Notes: a model not told the origin generated them from the letters alone. A stretch of DNA of 64,000 nt from an uncultured Candidatus Saccharibacteria bacterium (GCA_964504715.1 CAZDEP010000007.1:6951-70950), one strand, 5' to 3'; shown: positions 17,549-26,509, counted from the stretch's first letter. Program-made: numbers and translations.

Positions 17549-19666
17549 TTATGGTATGTTTGCTTTTAAAAGCGAGCTGCCGTTTAAAATGTAAACGGTT
17601 TTATTTTTTTCATCCACACTAAAGTCCTTAAGGTTGGAGAATTCGGGGCTCGTGAGGGAATAAACGTAAGCGCCTTTTTTGTTAAAAACGGCTATGCGGT
17701 TGTTGCCGGCATCCAGCACATAAATATTGGTGAAATTAGTTTCCGTTTCGATTTTCTTGGCGTTTTTTAAGGGGGTAATAAGGTTTGAGGGTGCAAAGGC
17801 GGAGTCTTGGGAGCCCGCATGATATTTTTTTATGCCCGATGGGTACAAAATATAGACGCTGCCGTCCACGGCCAAATCTACTGCGTCTTTGGCGGAATTT
17901 TGTTCAAGCTGCGCCGAAACCAAAGGCTTGCCCAGTTTGTCGCCCAACACCGCAAAGTTAAGGATTTGGCTTTTAGCCTTATCTAACATATAAACCCGGG
18001 AGTTGGTGGAATAATATTTGAGCCCCGCTGCATTTTCCGCAGCCGGCACGCTGGAGAAGAAATTTTCGCCTACTTTGTTTTGCGCGTAATTCCATATTTT
18101 TAGATTTTCTCCGTCGTACACCACGGCCGTGTTTTTGCCAACGCTTTCGCTTAAAACAATTTTGCCCGGCGACTTTAAGGTATCATCCCTAACTGTGACG
18201 CTTTGGCGGCTATAGGCCACTATTTGCTGGCCGCTGGGAGACGCAAAATATTCGGGCAGGGAAATTAGTGTTTCGGATGCAGCCAGGCTGCCCAAGTTTT
18301 GGGTTTGCGCCTCGATGCTGTTTTCCAGGCGGGATTTAATTTCTTCGGCCTGTTTTTTTAAGTTAGCCAGGGTTTGGACGGTTTGATCGTTGGGATCGGT
18401 TATTGAATTTAAGGCTTCCATTGCCGAGGCGTAAAAGCCGCGCGCAGCGGGTTCATCTTTGTACAAAAGCGCCGCGTCGGCATCCCCCAGGTTTTTTTGC
18501 GCCGTAGCAATAAAAGAGCTTACGCGCGTCGCGTTGGCCTGCCTGCCTTTTTTATAAACCGCCACGGTAATTTGCAAAACAAGGGCCAAAAGCAATATCA
18601 CGACTGAAAAAAAGAAAAACTTTTTTTGCGGGCTAAACTGTTTTATTTGGGAAGGGCGGAGGTTTTGCTGGCCGTACTGTACCCCTTTGGCCATGGCCCT
18701 AAACATGCCGCCCGTCTTGGCGACTGCAGTTTTAGCCGTGGCGGCCAGGCTCTTAAAACGCCCTTTGGGGCTCTGGGAAATAATATTGTCGGCTGTGCGC
18801 CTGGGTGTGCGGTTTGGAAAGGCGAGAGAAACAAAAAAATGTTTTATGGGCGTGAAGGCCGAAGGTTTAAGCGGCTGTTTGCTTTCTATATATTCTTCCA
18901 AATTAATTTCTTCCGCCGGCGCGGTGCCCGGTTCGCTTTGCAGGGCCAGCACTGTGCCGAAGGCAATTTCCGGCGCAGCGTTGGCTTTCAGCAGTTCTAT
19001 AATTTGTCCGGTGGACTTTAAAAAGTCGCCCTGCGAAAGCATGGCTTTAAGGCGGTCTATGGAAAGATGGTTAAACAGTTGAGTGGTGGAAAGAATCAGC
19101 AGGTCGCCGAGGCGCAGTTTGCCGCTGGCAAAATTTTCAAAAGTTTTTAAGGGGTGGCTTTTGGGCGCGGAGCAGGAAATGTCCGTGAGCTCATTCTCCC
19201 GCATTAAATACGCAGCCACTTTGCCGCAGGTGGCAATATTGAACACTTGGCCGGTTTTTACTCCTAAAATGCAGTTAAGTTTGTCTATCCAGTGCGTTTC
19301 CCCCAAGGTTGCCAGTTTGCCCAGTTCTTCGTTTATTAGCGCAACCGCGGCTTCAAAGCTTTCCACTTCCGCATTTTTTTTAAACGCGCGCCTTAAAGCG
19401 GAGCGTATGCTTAAAGCTATTTGCTCGCAGGATTCCCTCAGGCCGTCTTTTGATTCCAGGATTTCCGCCACTATGAAACTCTCGGCGTCTGTACCGCCCT
19501 GGAGTTTTTCCGCCGAAACAAATACAAAGCTTTTGGCTTTTCGTTCAGGGCCTAATTCAATTTTTGCTACCTGGGATTCTAATTCCACAAATGTTGAATG
19601 GATGATGGTTTTTTGGCTTAAAACCTCAAAAAATCCGGTGTTTTCAGCCAGGCCATTATGCTGCAA
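17549..19666 (-). CDS. Membrane protein with an N-terminal cytoplasmic PP2C/SpoIIE-like domain, a single TM and a C-terminal beta-rich repeat domain
   Basis: A 705-aa ORF. N-terminal segments resemble PPM phosphatase strands (FVFVSAEKLQGG.., NIATCGKVAAYL, LGDLLILSTTQLF). TM FFFFSVVILLLALVLQITVAVY. The call is by motif impression only. Confidence 0.4.
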   Translation of the reverse strand: MQHNGLAENTGFFEVLSQKTIIHSTFVELESQVAKIELGPERKAKSFVFVSAEKLQGGTDAESFIVAEILESKDGLRESCEQIALSIRSALRRAFKKNAEVESFEAAVALINEELGKLATLGETHWIDKLNCILGVKTGQVFNIATCGKVAAYLMRENELTDISCSAPKSHPLKTFENFASGKLRLGDLLILSTTQLFNHLSIDRLKAMLSQGDFLKSTGQIIELLKANAAPEIAFGTVLALQSEPGTAPAEEINLEEYIESKQPLKPSAFTPIKHFFVSLAFPNRTPRRTADNIISQSPKGRFKSLAATAKTAVAKTGGMFRAMAKGVQYGQQNLRPSQIKQFSPQKKFFFFSVVILLLALVLQITVAVYKKGRQANATRVSSFIATAQKNLGDADAALLYKDEPAARGFYASAMEALNSITDPNDQTVQTLANLKKQAEEIKSRLENSIEAQTQNLGSLAASETLISLPEYFASPSGQQIVAYSRQSVTVRDDTLKSPGKIVLSESVGKNTAVVYDGENLKIWNYAQNKVGENFFSSVPAAENAAGLKYYSTNSRVYMLDKAKSQILNFAVLGDKLGKPLVSAQLEQNSAKDAVDLAVDGSVYILYPSGIKKYHAGSQDSAFAPSNLITPLKNAKKIETETNFTNIYVLDAGNNRIAVFNKKGAYVYSLTSPEFSNLKDFSVDEKNKTVYILNGSSLLKANIP

Positions 19667-19707
19667 TTAAGTATTGTAATTATACGATATTTTCACAAAA
19701 AATTAAA

Positions 19708-19932
19708 GAAGTATTCTCAAAACTTGCTTTTAAGGCGAAGCTTAAGAATTTCTAGACAGCCGGACAAAACAAATTTTGTCATCCCTTCGGGAGATCTGCC
19801 GTAGGCATGAAGGTTTAGTCGGAGACTAAGCAGAGAAATTTTTTTGGGCGAATGGCAGAAATTATAAGATTGTCCCCCTACGGGGGATCTGCCGTAGGCA
19901 CGACAGCCAAAATGAAGTTTTGAGAATACTTC
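19708..19932. mobile_element. MITE-like repeat element, copy B (inverted relative to copy A)
   Basis: Reverse complement of 5237..5462 with about 99% identity; TIR gaagtattctcaaaact. Confidence 0.7.
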
Positions 19933-19955
19933 ACAGTAATGGTATAATATGGGGT

Positions 19956-20519
19956 ATGTTTGACGAAATTATAAATTCTAAAAAACTCTCCCAGGCTGCG
20001 GCGAGCTTTTTAAGTCTTCCCCAAAGGAGCTATTCGGTGGGCGAAGCGGCCTTTTTATTGCGGGTCTCGGGGGGCGCGGCATCCCATATTTTAAACCGGC
20101 TGGCGGCCAACGGGCTTTTGCGCCCTTTTGTAAAACACGGCAAAAAATATTTTTACTTTAACCCCAAAAAAGACCTGCCTCCCTGGGCCAAGAATAAAAT
20201 TTTAAAATTTAAACGCCGGGACTTAAAAGACAGGCTGGCGGAAGATTTAAAGAAATTGTCAGTTAAGGCGGCGTTCTTGTCGGGGATCTTTACCGGCCAT
20301 GTTAATTTGCCCGTGGACATACTTTTGGTCGGCAGGGTGGATTTAAAAAAATTGGACCGTTTTTTGGAAAAATGGCAGGGGACTATGGGCGCGGAGCTGA
20401 ATTACAGCATTATGTCGGAAGGGGAATTCGTCCAAAGGCGCGACACTTTTGACAGGTTTATAAAAGATATTTTTGACCACCGGCACATTGTGGTGTTTGA
20501 TAGGCTGGGGAGAAAGTGA
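19956..20519 (+). CDS. Winged-helix DNA-binding protein (hypothetical regulator)
   Basis: The ORF track starts it at TTG 19920 inside the repeat. A TGGTATAAT -10 at 19941-19949 argues for the ATG at 19956 (MFDEIINSKK..), possibly leaderless. The HTH-like segment is YSVGEAAFLLRVSGGAASHILNRLAANGLL. Confidence 0.45.
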   Translation: MFDEIINSKKLSQAAASFLSLPQRSYSVGEAAFLLRVSGGAASHILNRLAANGLLRPFVKHGKKYFYFNPKKDLPPWAKNKILKFKRRDLKDRLAEDLKKLSVKAAFLSGIFTGHVNLPVDILLVGRVDLKKLDRFLEKWQGTMGAELNYSIMSEGEFVQRRDTFDRFIKDIFDHRHIVVFDRLGRK

Positions 20520-20534
20520 TAAAATAGCTACAGA

Positions 20535-20615
20535 ACTTCAAATTTACTGCACTACAGATGCCTACAGATTACTATTTCTGTAGTTATCTGTAGATCCGTA
20601 TAATTTTGTAGTTCC
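20535..20615. promoter_or_regulatory. Array of ATCTGTAG/CTACAGAT motifs (candidate operator cluster)
   Basis: ctacagatgcctacagattactatttctgtagttatctgtagatc; related arrays lie at 39010-39160 and 52680-52735. Confidence 0.4.
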
Positions 20616-20620
20616 GTAGT

Positions 20621-20857
20621 ATGAATGAAATCCAAAACCTATATTTAGAATTTTTAACCAACTTCCCTGAAAACTTAAGGCCTATAATTTCCATTGGCCT
20701 TGCCGTGTTGTTGGTTTACGCGGTTTTAAAAGTCCTTAAAAAGGATTTTATTTACATAATCGCTCTTATAGTTCTTTTGCCGGCATCTATCCCTATTTTA
20801 AAGAGTGTTTGGGAAGGAGTAGTGGGTTTTGTAAAGTTTTTGTTGAATATGGGATAG
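20621..20857 (+). CDS. Small two-TM membrane protein
   Basis: A 78-aa hydrophobic ORF. Confidence 0.35.
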   Translation: MNEIQNLYLEFLTNFPENLRPIISIGLAVLLVYAVLKVLKKDFIYIIALIVLLPASIPILKSVWEGVVGFVKFLLNMG

Positions 20858-21009
20858 TAGGTATGGAGTAGCGGGTAGCAAATTGGAATCTGGCACTCCG
20901 AAGCCTTGGGTTAGTAAGGAGTGCCTGCACTCCGAAGCCTTGGCGTAGGAGTGTGGATAACTTTAGGTATACAATCATTTACCCTTTTAAATTAAGGGTT
21001 TTTATTTTT

Positions 21010-21038
21010 TTGACAATAGGTGAACGAATGTATATAGT
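21010..21038 (+). promoter_or_regulatory. Putative lexA promoter (TTGACA, 17 nt, TATAGT)
   Basis: ttgacaataggtgaacgaatgtatatagt. Confidence 0.4.
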
Positions 21039-21068
21039 AACAGTATCAAGTATTTTGTATTAAGTATT

Positions 21069-21698
21069 ATGTATAAAAATATGCCCAAAGAAATCACATC
21101 CAGACAAAAAGAATTATTAAAATTTATTGTCCAGCAGATCCGCGATTTTAATTTGCCGCCGAGCGTGTCGGAGATGGCCAAGTATCTTAAAGTCAGTTCC
21201 AAAAATGCCGTAGCTAAATTACTGGACGCTCTGGAATTAGCAGGCCATATTAAAACCAGCGGCAAGGCGCGGGGCATATCGGTTCTAAACAGCCTGGGCG
21301 AATCTTTGGAAAAGGGTTTGGTTTCCGTGCCTCTTGTAGGCGGAGTGCATGCCGGCAGCCCGCATTTGGCTGAAGAGCAAATAGAGGAGTGGATAAATTT
21401 GCCTTCCTCTTTAATAAAGGGCAGGCGAGACGTTTTTCTCCTTAAGGTCCGCGGCGACAGTATGATAAATGCGGGTATTTACGAAAACGATTTGGTAATA
21501 GTCAGGCCCGTAAGGGAAGCCAAGAATAACGACATAGTCGTGGCTTTGCTCCATGACGAGGCTACTGTTAAAAGGCTGGTATACGTTAAGAACCGCGCCT
21601 ACTTAAAAGCCGAAAATCCCGACTACGCGAACATTTATCCCAAGGAAGAATGGATGATTCAGGGAAAAGTTGTCGGCGTTATCCGCCAACTTGAGTAG
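21069..21698 (+). CDS. lexA: LexA repressor (S24 peptidase)
   Basis: An N-terminal wHTH, Ala-Gly cleavage region (VHAGSP), and catalytic Ser in RGDSM with Lys downstream in the VKRL segment. Confidence 0.9.
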   Translation: MYKNMPKEITSRQKELLKFIVQQIRDFNLPPSVSEMAKYLKVSSKNAVAKLLDALELAGHIKTSGKARGISVLNSLGESLEKGLVSVPLVGGVHAGSPHLAEEQIEEWINLPSSLIKGRRDVFLLKVRGDSMINAGIYENDLVIVRPVREAKNNDIVVALLHDEATVKRLVYVKNRAYLKAENPDYANIYPKEEWMIQGKVVGVIRQLE

Positions 21699-21732
21699 TA
21701 TGTAGCAAGTAGTAAGAATTAAGTAGTAAGAG

Positions 21733-22128
21733 ATGGAAATACAAAAACAAAAAAATAAAATACAATCTTTTATAGATTTAATTGCTTGGCAGGAAAGTCA
21801 TAAATTAGTATTGGCTATATATAAATTCAGTACTAAATGGCCAAAAGAGGAAATGTTTGGGCTAATTTCACAGATAAGAAGGGCAGCGGTATCTATAAGT
21901 TCCAATTTAGCCGAGGGTTTTAGTCGAAATACCCTAAAAGACAAATGCAGTTTTTATTTTATCGCCTTATCTTCTTTAACAGAGTTGCAAAATCAGACTT
22001 TAATTGCCAAGGATCTTGCCTATATAAGTAGGGAACAATTTGAACATTTGGCAAAACAGACAATCCAGACTAGCAAACTTATAAATGGTTTAATAAAGAA
22101 GACTAAAGAATTTATGCAGAATTCTTAA
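21733..22128 (+). CDS. Four-helix-bundle protein of the 23S rRNA intervening-sequence protein family
   Basis: IAWQESHKLVLAIYKFSTKWPKEE...QIRRAAVSISSNLAEGFSR is the family signature. Confidence 0.8.
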   Translation: MEIQKQKNKIQSFIDLIAWQESHKLVLAIYKFSTKWPKEEMFGLISQIRRAAVSISSNLAEGFSRNTLKDKCSFYFIALSSLTELQNQTLIAKDLAYISREQFEHLAKQTIQTSKLINGLIKKTKEFMQNS

Positions 22129-22174
22129 TACTTACTTCTTACTTCATAATTCTATAACACAATTCTATAATTTT

Positions 22175-22360
22175 ATGTCAGAAGCACAGAAAACCAAACA
22201 AAATATTATTAGTCAATTACGACGTCTTTGCGCTCATTGCGCTACCAACAACAGGCGAGCTCATAGCTGCCCCGTACAGCAAATTGCCCTGCGCGTCCAG
22301 CATTTGCGCGGAGTGCCTTTGGTTGTTAACAGCCAGTTTAAAGGTATGCTTTGGGCGTAA
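22175..22360 (+). CDS. Small protein (61 aa) whose C-terminal 24 codons are duplicated at 23382-23459
   Basis: The C-terminus LRVQHLRGVPLVVNSQFKGMLWA is shared with the paralog at 23306..23459. Confidence 0.4.
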   Translation: MSEAQKTKQNIISQLRRLCAHCATNNRRAHSCPVQQIALRVQHLRGVPLVVNSQFKGMLWA

Positions 22361-22435
22361 ATTCTTTTACAACAGGTCTAATGATTAAAGCCCGCCGGAA
22401 CCAACAGGTTGCGGCGGGCTTTGGGGTTAGAGGGT

Positions 22436-23251
22436 TTAGTTTGGTAGTATTTTTCCTGGTTTGATCTTTCGGACTAACCCCGCTGCTGCAAGTGTTCGAA
22501 TGATCAGCCAGTTTATATCTACCTGATACCACAGCCGCCCGTGGCGGGCGTAGACTGGGTCATAGTGGTGGTAGTTGTGCCAACTTTCCCCAAAAGTCGG
22601 CAGTGCGAGCCAGGCGTTGTTCCTGGAGTTGTCCTTAGTGGGGCATGGGCGCGAGCCCCAGGCATGGGTAACCGAATTCACCGCCCACGTAAAGTTCCAG
22701 CCAACCACCACAGGAACAAAAGTTCCCCAAAGCAAGGCTTGCCAGCCTCCTAAGGCCAATAAAACTAATCCAAGCACAGTCAAAGGTAACCAGAATAAGG
22801 TGTCAAAAAACCGGTGGATTGGGTCTTTAATGAGATCGGCACCAAATTTTTTTACTTCTTCAGATAGACTTATTTTTTTGAATATCATCCAGCCCACGTG
22901 GGCGTGGAGAAAGCCATCTTTGGGGGTGTGTGGATCCAAGCCTGGCTTGTCGCTGAATTGGTGGTGGATACGATGTTCGGCCACCCATTTAATCTCACCG
23001 CCCTGGAGGGCGAGGAGCCCGCAAATGGTGAGTAGATATTCAAGCCATTTTGGAACCTGGTACCCACGGTGCGTGAGTAACCGGTGGAAACACACACCAA
23101 TACCTAAGCTCCCGCTTACGAACCACACCACAACCGCCAAAATAACCATCTTCCAACTGAACGCCAACGAGACAGTCGCAAGCGCAACAATGTGGAAGCA
23201 TAAAAAAATACTGGCAGTTAGCCAGCTGAACGCTCGGTCCTTTTTCTGCAT
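22436..23251 (-). CDS. Membrane fatty-acid desaturase (acyl-CoA delta-9 desaturase family)
   Basis: Three His boxes (HRLLTHR, HRIHH, HNYHH) plus TM helices; a terminator hairpin lies at 22390-22425. Confidence 0.85.
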   Translation of the reverse strand: MQKKDRAFSWLTASIFLCFHIVALATVSLAFSWKMVILAVVVWFVSGSLGIGVCFHRLLTHRGYQVPKWLEYLLTICGLLALQGGEIKWVAEHRIHHQFSDKPGLDPHTPKDGFLHAHVGWMIFKKISLSEEVKKFGADLIKDPIHRFFDTLFWLPLTVLGLVLLALGGWQALLWGTFVPVVVGWNFTWAVNSVTHAWGSRPCPTKDNSRNNAWLALPTFGESWHNYHHYDPVYARHGRLWYQVDINWLIIRTLAAAGLVRKIKPGKILPN

Positions 23252-23305
23252 AAGGTCCTCCCTTATGCAGAAAGTATAACAGTATAATTATGTTAATCCT
23301 AATAA

Positions 23306-23459
23306 ATGCAAATTATCAGGGTGTATTTGTTTAGTAAAGAAAAGGTGTCAGGTACTTTTTTTCGCCTCGGTCCAACATCTAGCCATGCGCGTTCAGCACT
23401 TGCGCGGTGTGCCTTTGGTAGTTAACAGCCAGTTTAAAGGCATGCTTTGGGCATAAAAA
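23306..23459 (+). CDS. Small protein (50 aa), paralog of the 22175 ORF
   Basis: MQIIRVYLFSKEKRCQVLFFASVQHLAMRVQHLRGVPLVVNSQFKGMLWA, below the ORF-track length cut-off. Confidence 0.35.
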
Positions 23460-23800
23460 AAGGAGAGCGGAGGGTTACTTCGCTCTCAAGTCGCCTTCAG
23501 GAGGAGTGCTTGCGCAGATTCCGGGGGTGTGGTGGACAAAGACGTCATCTAAGACGTTTCGTGTGGGCAAAAAAATGCCCGCAAGGTCCAACTGGACTCG
23601 CACCCACTCCGGCAAAATGCCGGAGATTTTAATTTCCCCTCCTTTAGGGGAGGGGACCGACGTCGGAGGATTGCCATGCGTTGCCTATACGCATGCTACG
23701 TCGGTCCCTTTATGTGGGACCACCCTGATGCCCTGTGGAGGGGCATCACCAGGTAGTAGGAGGTGGGTGGCCCCTAATTGCGCTTATTATACAGGTAGGG
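23460..23800 (+). ncRNA. Highly structured non-coding region, a candidate structured RNA of unknown class
   Basis: No convincing ORF. There is a dense series of GC-rich hairpins: gagagcg/cgctctc, gggca/tgccc, tccggca/tgccgga, cccctcc/ggagggg, gaccgacgt/acgtcggtc nested with gcatgcg/cgcatgc, gatgccc/gggcatc, gggaccaccc/ggtgggtggccc. Strand is uncertain. Confidence 0.3.
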
Positions 23801-24038
23801 AGTTTTACAAGTCAAAGGTTTAGGAAGTTTTAGTATTATTAAATTTAATGAAAATTTTTTAATGAAAGCATAAATACCGCTAATTTTAGCGGTATTTTGT
23901 ATTGACAATTATTAAAATTTATGTTAAAATATGCAGTTGCAATGTAGCAGTCTTGCTGGTTGCATCCAGCGCACGTCTGTGCGCTTTTCCAAACCCGCAA
24001 GTTTTTGTGCGGGAATCTACAAGTACAAGGTGGAAATT

Positions 24039-24389
24039 ATGTCCAAGTTCAAGTTGTTTTTTTTGTTTGTGGTTTTTTTGGCGGTCGCATGGGCATGGGA
24101 CGGCGTAAAGGTGCGAGTTCGCGTGGGCACCGACCAGCGTTTTTTCACAGCCCTGTATGCGCCGAATGGGGTAAAGCTCACCTGGGCGCCCACCCCGGGG
24201 CGCGGGGTCGACAGTCTACATGAGTGGGGGTCGGACGCCTGCGGAGGTCGTCTAGCTCTCATTTCAGGTGAAGAGTCGGAGGTAGACTCGTACCTGATCC
24301 CCGCGGACTGTGGGGGTAGGGAATACCGCCTGGAGGTGGAGGAAAAAGAGGACGGGTCGTTGAGGCTCGTTTTAAGGAGCATTTTATGA
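24039..24389 (+). CDS. Small secreted protein (GC-rich gene)
   Basis: Signal peptide MSKFKLFFLFVVFLAVAWA; local GC is about 58% against about 45% background. The ORF track extends it upstream to 23931. Confidence 0.5.
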   Translation: MSKFKLFFLFVVFLAVAWAWDGVKVRVRVGTDQRFFTALYAPNGVKLTWAPTPGRGVDSLHEWGSDACGGRLALISGEESEVDSYLIPADCGGREYRLEVEEKEDGSLRLVLRSIL

Positions 24390-24700
24390 AGCTCCTCACC
24401 TTTTTCTTTTTTTTGTTCCTGCCCCTATTCGCCGATGTTACCGTGGTTGTTACAAATAATACCACTGAAACGCGGCAGATCCAGGTCCGCAATTCGGACC
24501 GCCATGTAGTCGGAACCATCACGGTCTCGGGTAATGGCGGAAGCGATTCGAAAACCTGGAGCGTCGAAGCGCTCGAAGGCGGGGTAGTGCAGTTGTGGGT
24601 CGGCGATTACTTGGAGTCGCAGGTAAAAATACCTGCGCTTCAGGGGCGCGCCCAGTTAATCATCCGCGTCAGCAACGCGGATAACCTCTCCATCGAGTAA
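24386..24700 (+). CDS. Small secreted protein (GC-rich gene), overlapping the previous stop
   Basis: Signal peptide MKLLTFFFFLFLPLFA; coupled by ATGA overlap. Confidence 0.5.
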   Translation: MKLLTFFFFLFLPLFADVTVVVTNNTTETRQIQVRNSDRHVVGTITVSGNGGSDSKTWSVEALEGGVVQLWVGDYLESQVKIPALQGRAQLIIRVSNADNLSIE

Positions 24701-24760
24701 ATAAGCATTGGCCGCCGTGGGTGTAACAACCTCGGCGGCCTTTTGTTTGGAAAAATTAAG

Positions 24761-26188
24761 CTAAAGTGTATACTTTGCCACCAGTTGGGAAATGGTTTCA
24801 AATACCGGTGCGTCTACAACGTATTCGCAGGAATCCAACTTTTCTGTTTGCTGGGCGCTGTAAATCGTATAAATTTGGGCTTGCCCGTCATAAGCAGTTG
24901 GGCAGGTGCCTGTAAACTTTTTTTGTTTAACCTGCTCAAAATTGGTACCGTTAATTTTATTTATTAGGCCGTTTAATTCCTGGGTGGTGATTTGTTTTTC
25001 TATTGTTTTGGCTTCATAAGTTTCGGTGGTTTGGTTGTATACGTGCGTTTCATTTACAATGTCCCCGTCGTTATAAAAAGTTACCCTGTGCGTGCAACCG
25101 CCGTAAGGACACAGTCCGCCGTATGACTCATATTCAACCAGTAGGGCGGGTGTTGGTGTGCTTGCGGACAAATTGAGGCGCAATTCCACCCCTTTTTCAG
25201 AAGGATTTTCACCCATTTTAACCGAGATTACATTGGAAATTTTTATTGGCGACAAAAGCAAAGTGTTGTTTTCCAGCTTTAGATTATAGGTATTTTCTTT
25301 TCCGTTAAGTGTAAATAGTATCTGCTTGCCCTTTGCGGTTATAAATTTGGTGTCCAACTCGATTTGTTTTCGCGATTCCGCTACCATTGCGCAAGTTGGG
25401 CTTGTGGAGTCCTGGCCATTTTCATAGGGCGGGTAGCCTAAAATTTTAACTTGCATTTGTTCCTCCATTACACCGTTTTCCGTCACCAAGTCTTGGGCTT
25501 GGCTGCAGCCGCTGCCTGCAAAAGCAGATAGCTCCAAAATCGGTTTTTTGTATTCCATGCGCAAATACAAATTTACCCTGTCGGGAACCGTTAAGGATCC
25601 TGTTTCGCGTCGGTTTTGCACTTCATCAAAAAATTTTTCGGTATAGGCCCCAACCGGTACCGGGTCGTTTTCTCCCAAAATAAAGTAGTCCTTAGAAGCA
25701 CAGAAAGTTATTTGGTGTTCACTGCCGGATTTTTTATAAGCTCCAAAAGCCTTTACCACTGTTCCTTTGGTTACGTTTTTACCCCACTGCACCCAGGCAG
25801 CAGCTTGAACATTGGGACACTCTGTATCGCCCTCTGCGTAAATTAACGACACTTTTTCATTCGGTGTCTGTACTATTAATTCGCACGTTCCGTCACGTTC
25901 GCAGCCTGATTTATGGTCAACCACCTCGCCCTTTACGTACGCGGTGCCGTCTTCCCAGACTTTGAAATTGCCTTTAAGGGACAGCGGGGGAGTTTGGGTG
26001 TTACGGTCCGAATTCACTTTTGATGATTCACTTTTTGGTTTTCGGCTTGTGGCCGCCCAGATTACCAATGTGGCAATTGCCGCTAAAATTACAATGGCAA
26101 GAAGCCCCTTATGTTCATGCCATTTTTTGGTTTGGGGGGAAGCTTGGACGGTAACAGGGGACTTTTCATTTTTTTGTTGTGTTTCCAT
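24761..26188 (-). CDS. Membrane-anchored extracellular protein (hypothetical)
   Basis: A 475-aa ORF with a basic N-terminus, one TM (LLAIVILAAIATLVIWAA) and a Cys-containing ectodomain. Confidence 0.5.
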   Translation of the reverse strand: METQQKNEKSPVTVQASPQTKKWHEHKGLLAIVILAAIATLVIWAATSRKPKSESSKVNSDRNTQTPPLSLKGNFKVWEDGTAYVKGEVVDHKSGCERDGTCELIVQTPNEKVSLIYAEGDTECPNVQAAAWVQWGKNVTKGTVVKAFGAYKKSGSEHQITFCASKDYFILGENDPVPVGAYTEKFFDEVQNRRETGSLTVPDRVNLYLRMEYKKPILELSAFAGSGCSQAQDLVTENGVMEEQMQVKILGYPPYENGQDSTSPTCAMVAESRKQIELDTKFITAKGKQILFTLNGKENTYNLKLENNTLLLSPIKISNVISVKMGENPSEKGVELRLNLSASTPTPALLVEYESYGGLCPYGGCTHRVTFYNDGDIVNETHVYNQTTETYEAKTIEKQITTQELNGLINKINGTNFEQVKQKKFTGTCPTAYDGQAQIYTIYSAQQTEKLDSCEYVVDAPVFETISQLVAKYTL

Positions 26189-26509
26189 ATATTTATTTCT
26201 TTAAGTGCTTTTGTTTATTATAACATTTTATTGGAGATATAGCATTTTTTATAAAAAAGGTCCAAAGCGCGAATTATAATATTTATATCGCACTTGAAAA
26301 ATTAATTTATCACAATAAAAAACCACCAGCCACGCCGGTGTATTTTCTTTGGTAGTGCACTAGCGTCAAAGACTTACCCTTCGGGGGTCTTTCGAGGGGT
26401 TTCTGGCGATCTTTTCCGGGGGCAGCCGACGCACCAGAGTATGCCCTTGACAATCATTTAATTCGGGTATATCATAATATTATGATTTGTCATCATTAAT
26501 TTAATTAAC

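Noticed and set aside
5237-19932. Interpreting the inverted-repeat-bounded 14-kb block as a composite transposon or prophage
   Set aside because: The cargo is core housekeeping (rplJ, rplL, dus, tRNA-Gln) and there is no transposase, integrase or phage gene. An invertible chromosomal segment bounded by MITE copies is more parsimonious.
21000-21068. A canonical LexA box upstream of lexA
   Set aside because: Neither the E. coli type (CTGT-N8-ACAG) nor the Gram-positive Cheo box (GAAC-N4-GTTC) is clearly present. Only the half-site GAAC and ACAGTA-like fragments were seen, so no operator call was made.
23460-23800. Identifying the structured region as tmRNA, RNase P RNA or SRP RNA
   Set aside because: The GGGG..GACG start looked tmRNA-like, but there is no T-arm (GGTTCGA), no tag ORF ending ALAA-stop and no matching 3' acceptor strand. 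No GGAAAGTCCGGGC (RNase P) or GGAAGGAAGCAGC (SRP) cores.
26330-26445. GC-rich hairpin cluster upstream of the two-gene module (aaagacttacccttcgggggtcttt ... ccgggggcagccgacgcacca) as a tRNA fragment or riboswitch
   Set aside because: It lies upstream of the likely -10 (about 26472), so it is probably not part of the transcript. No cloverleaf or known riboswitch core was recognised, so I treat it as an unexplained structured spacer.
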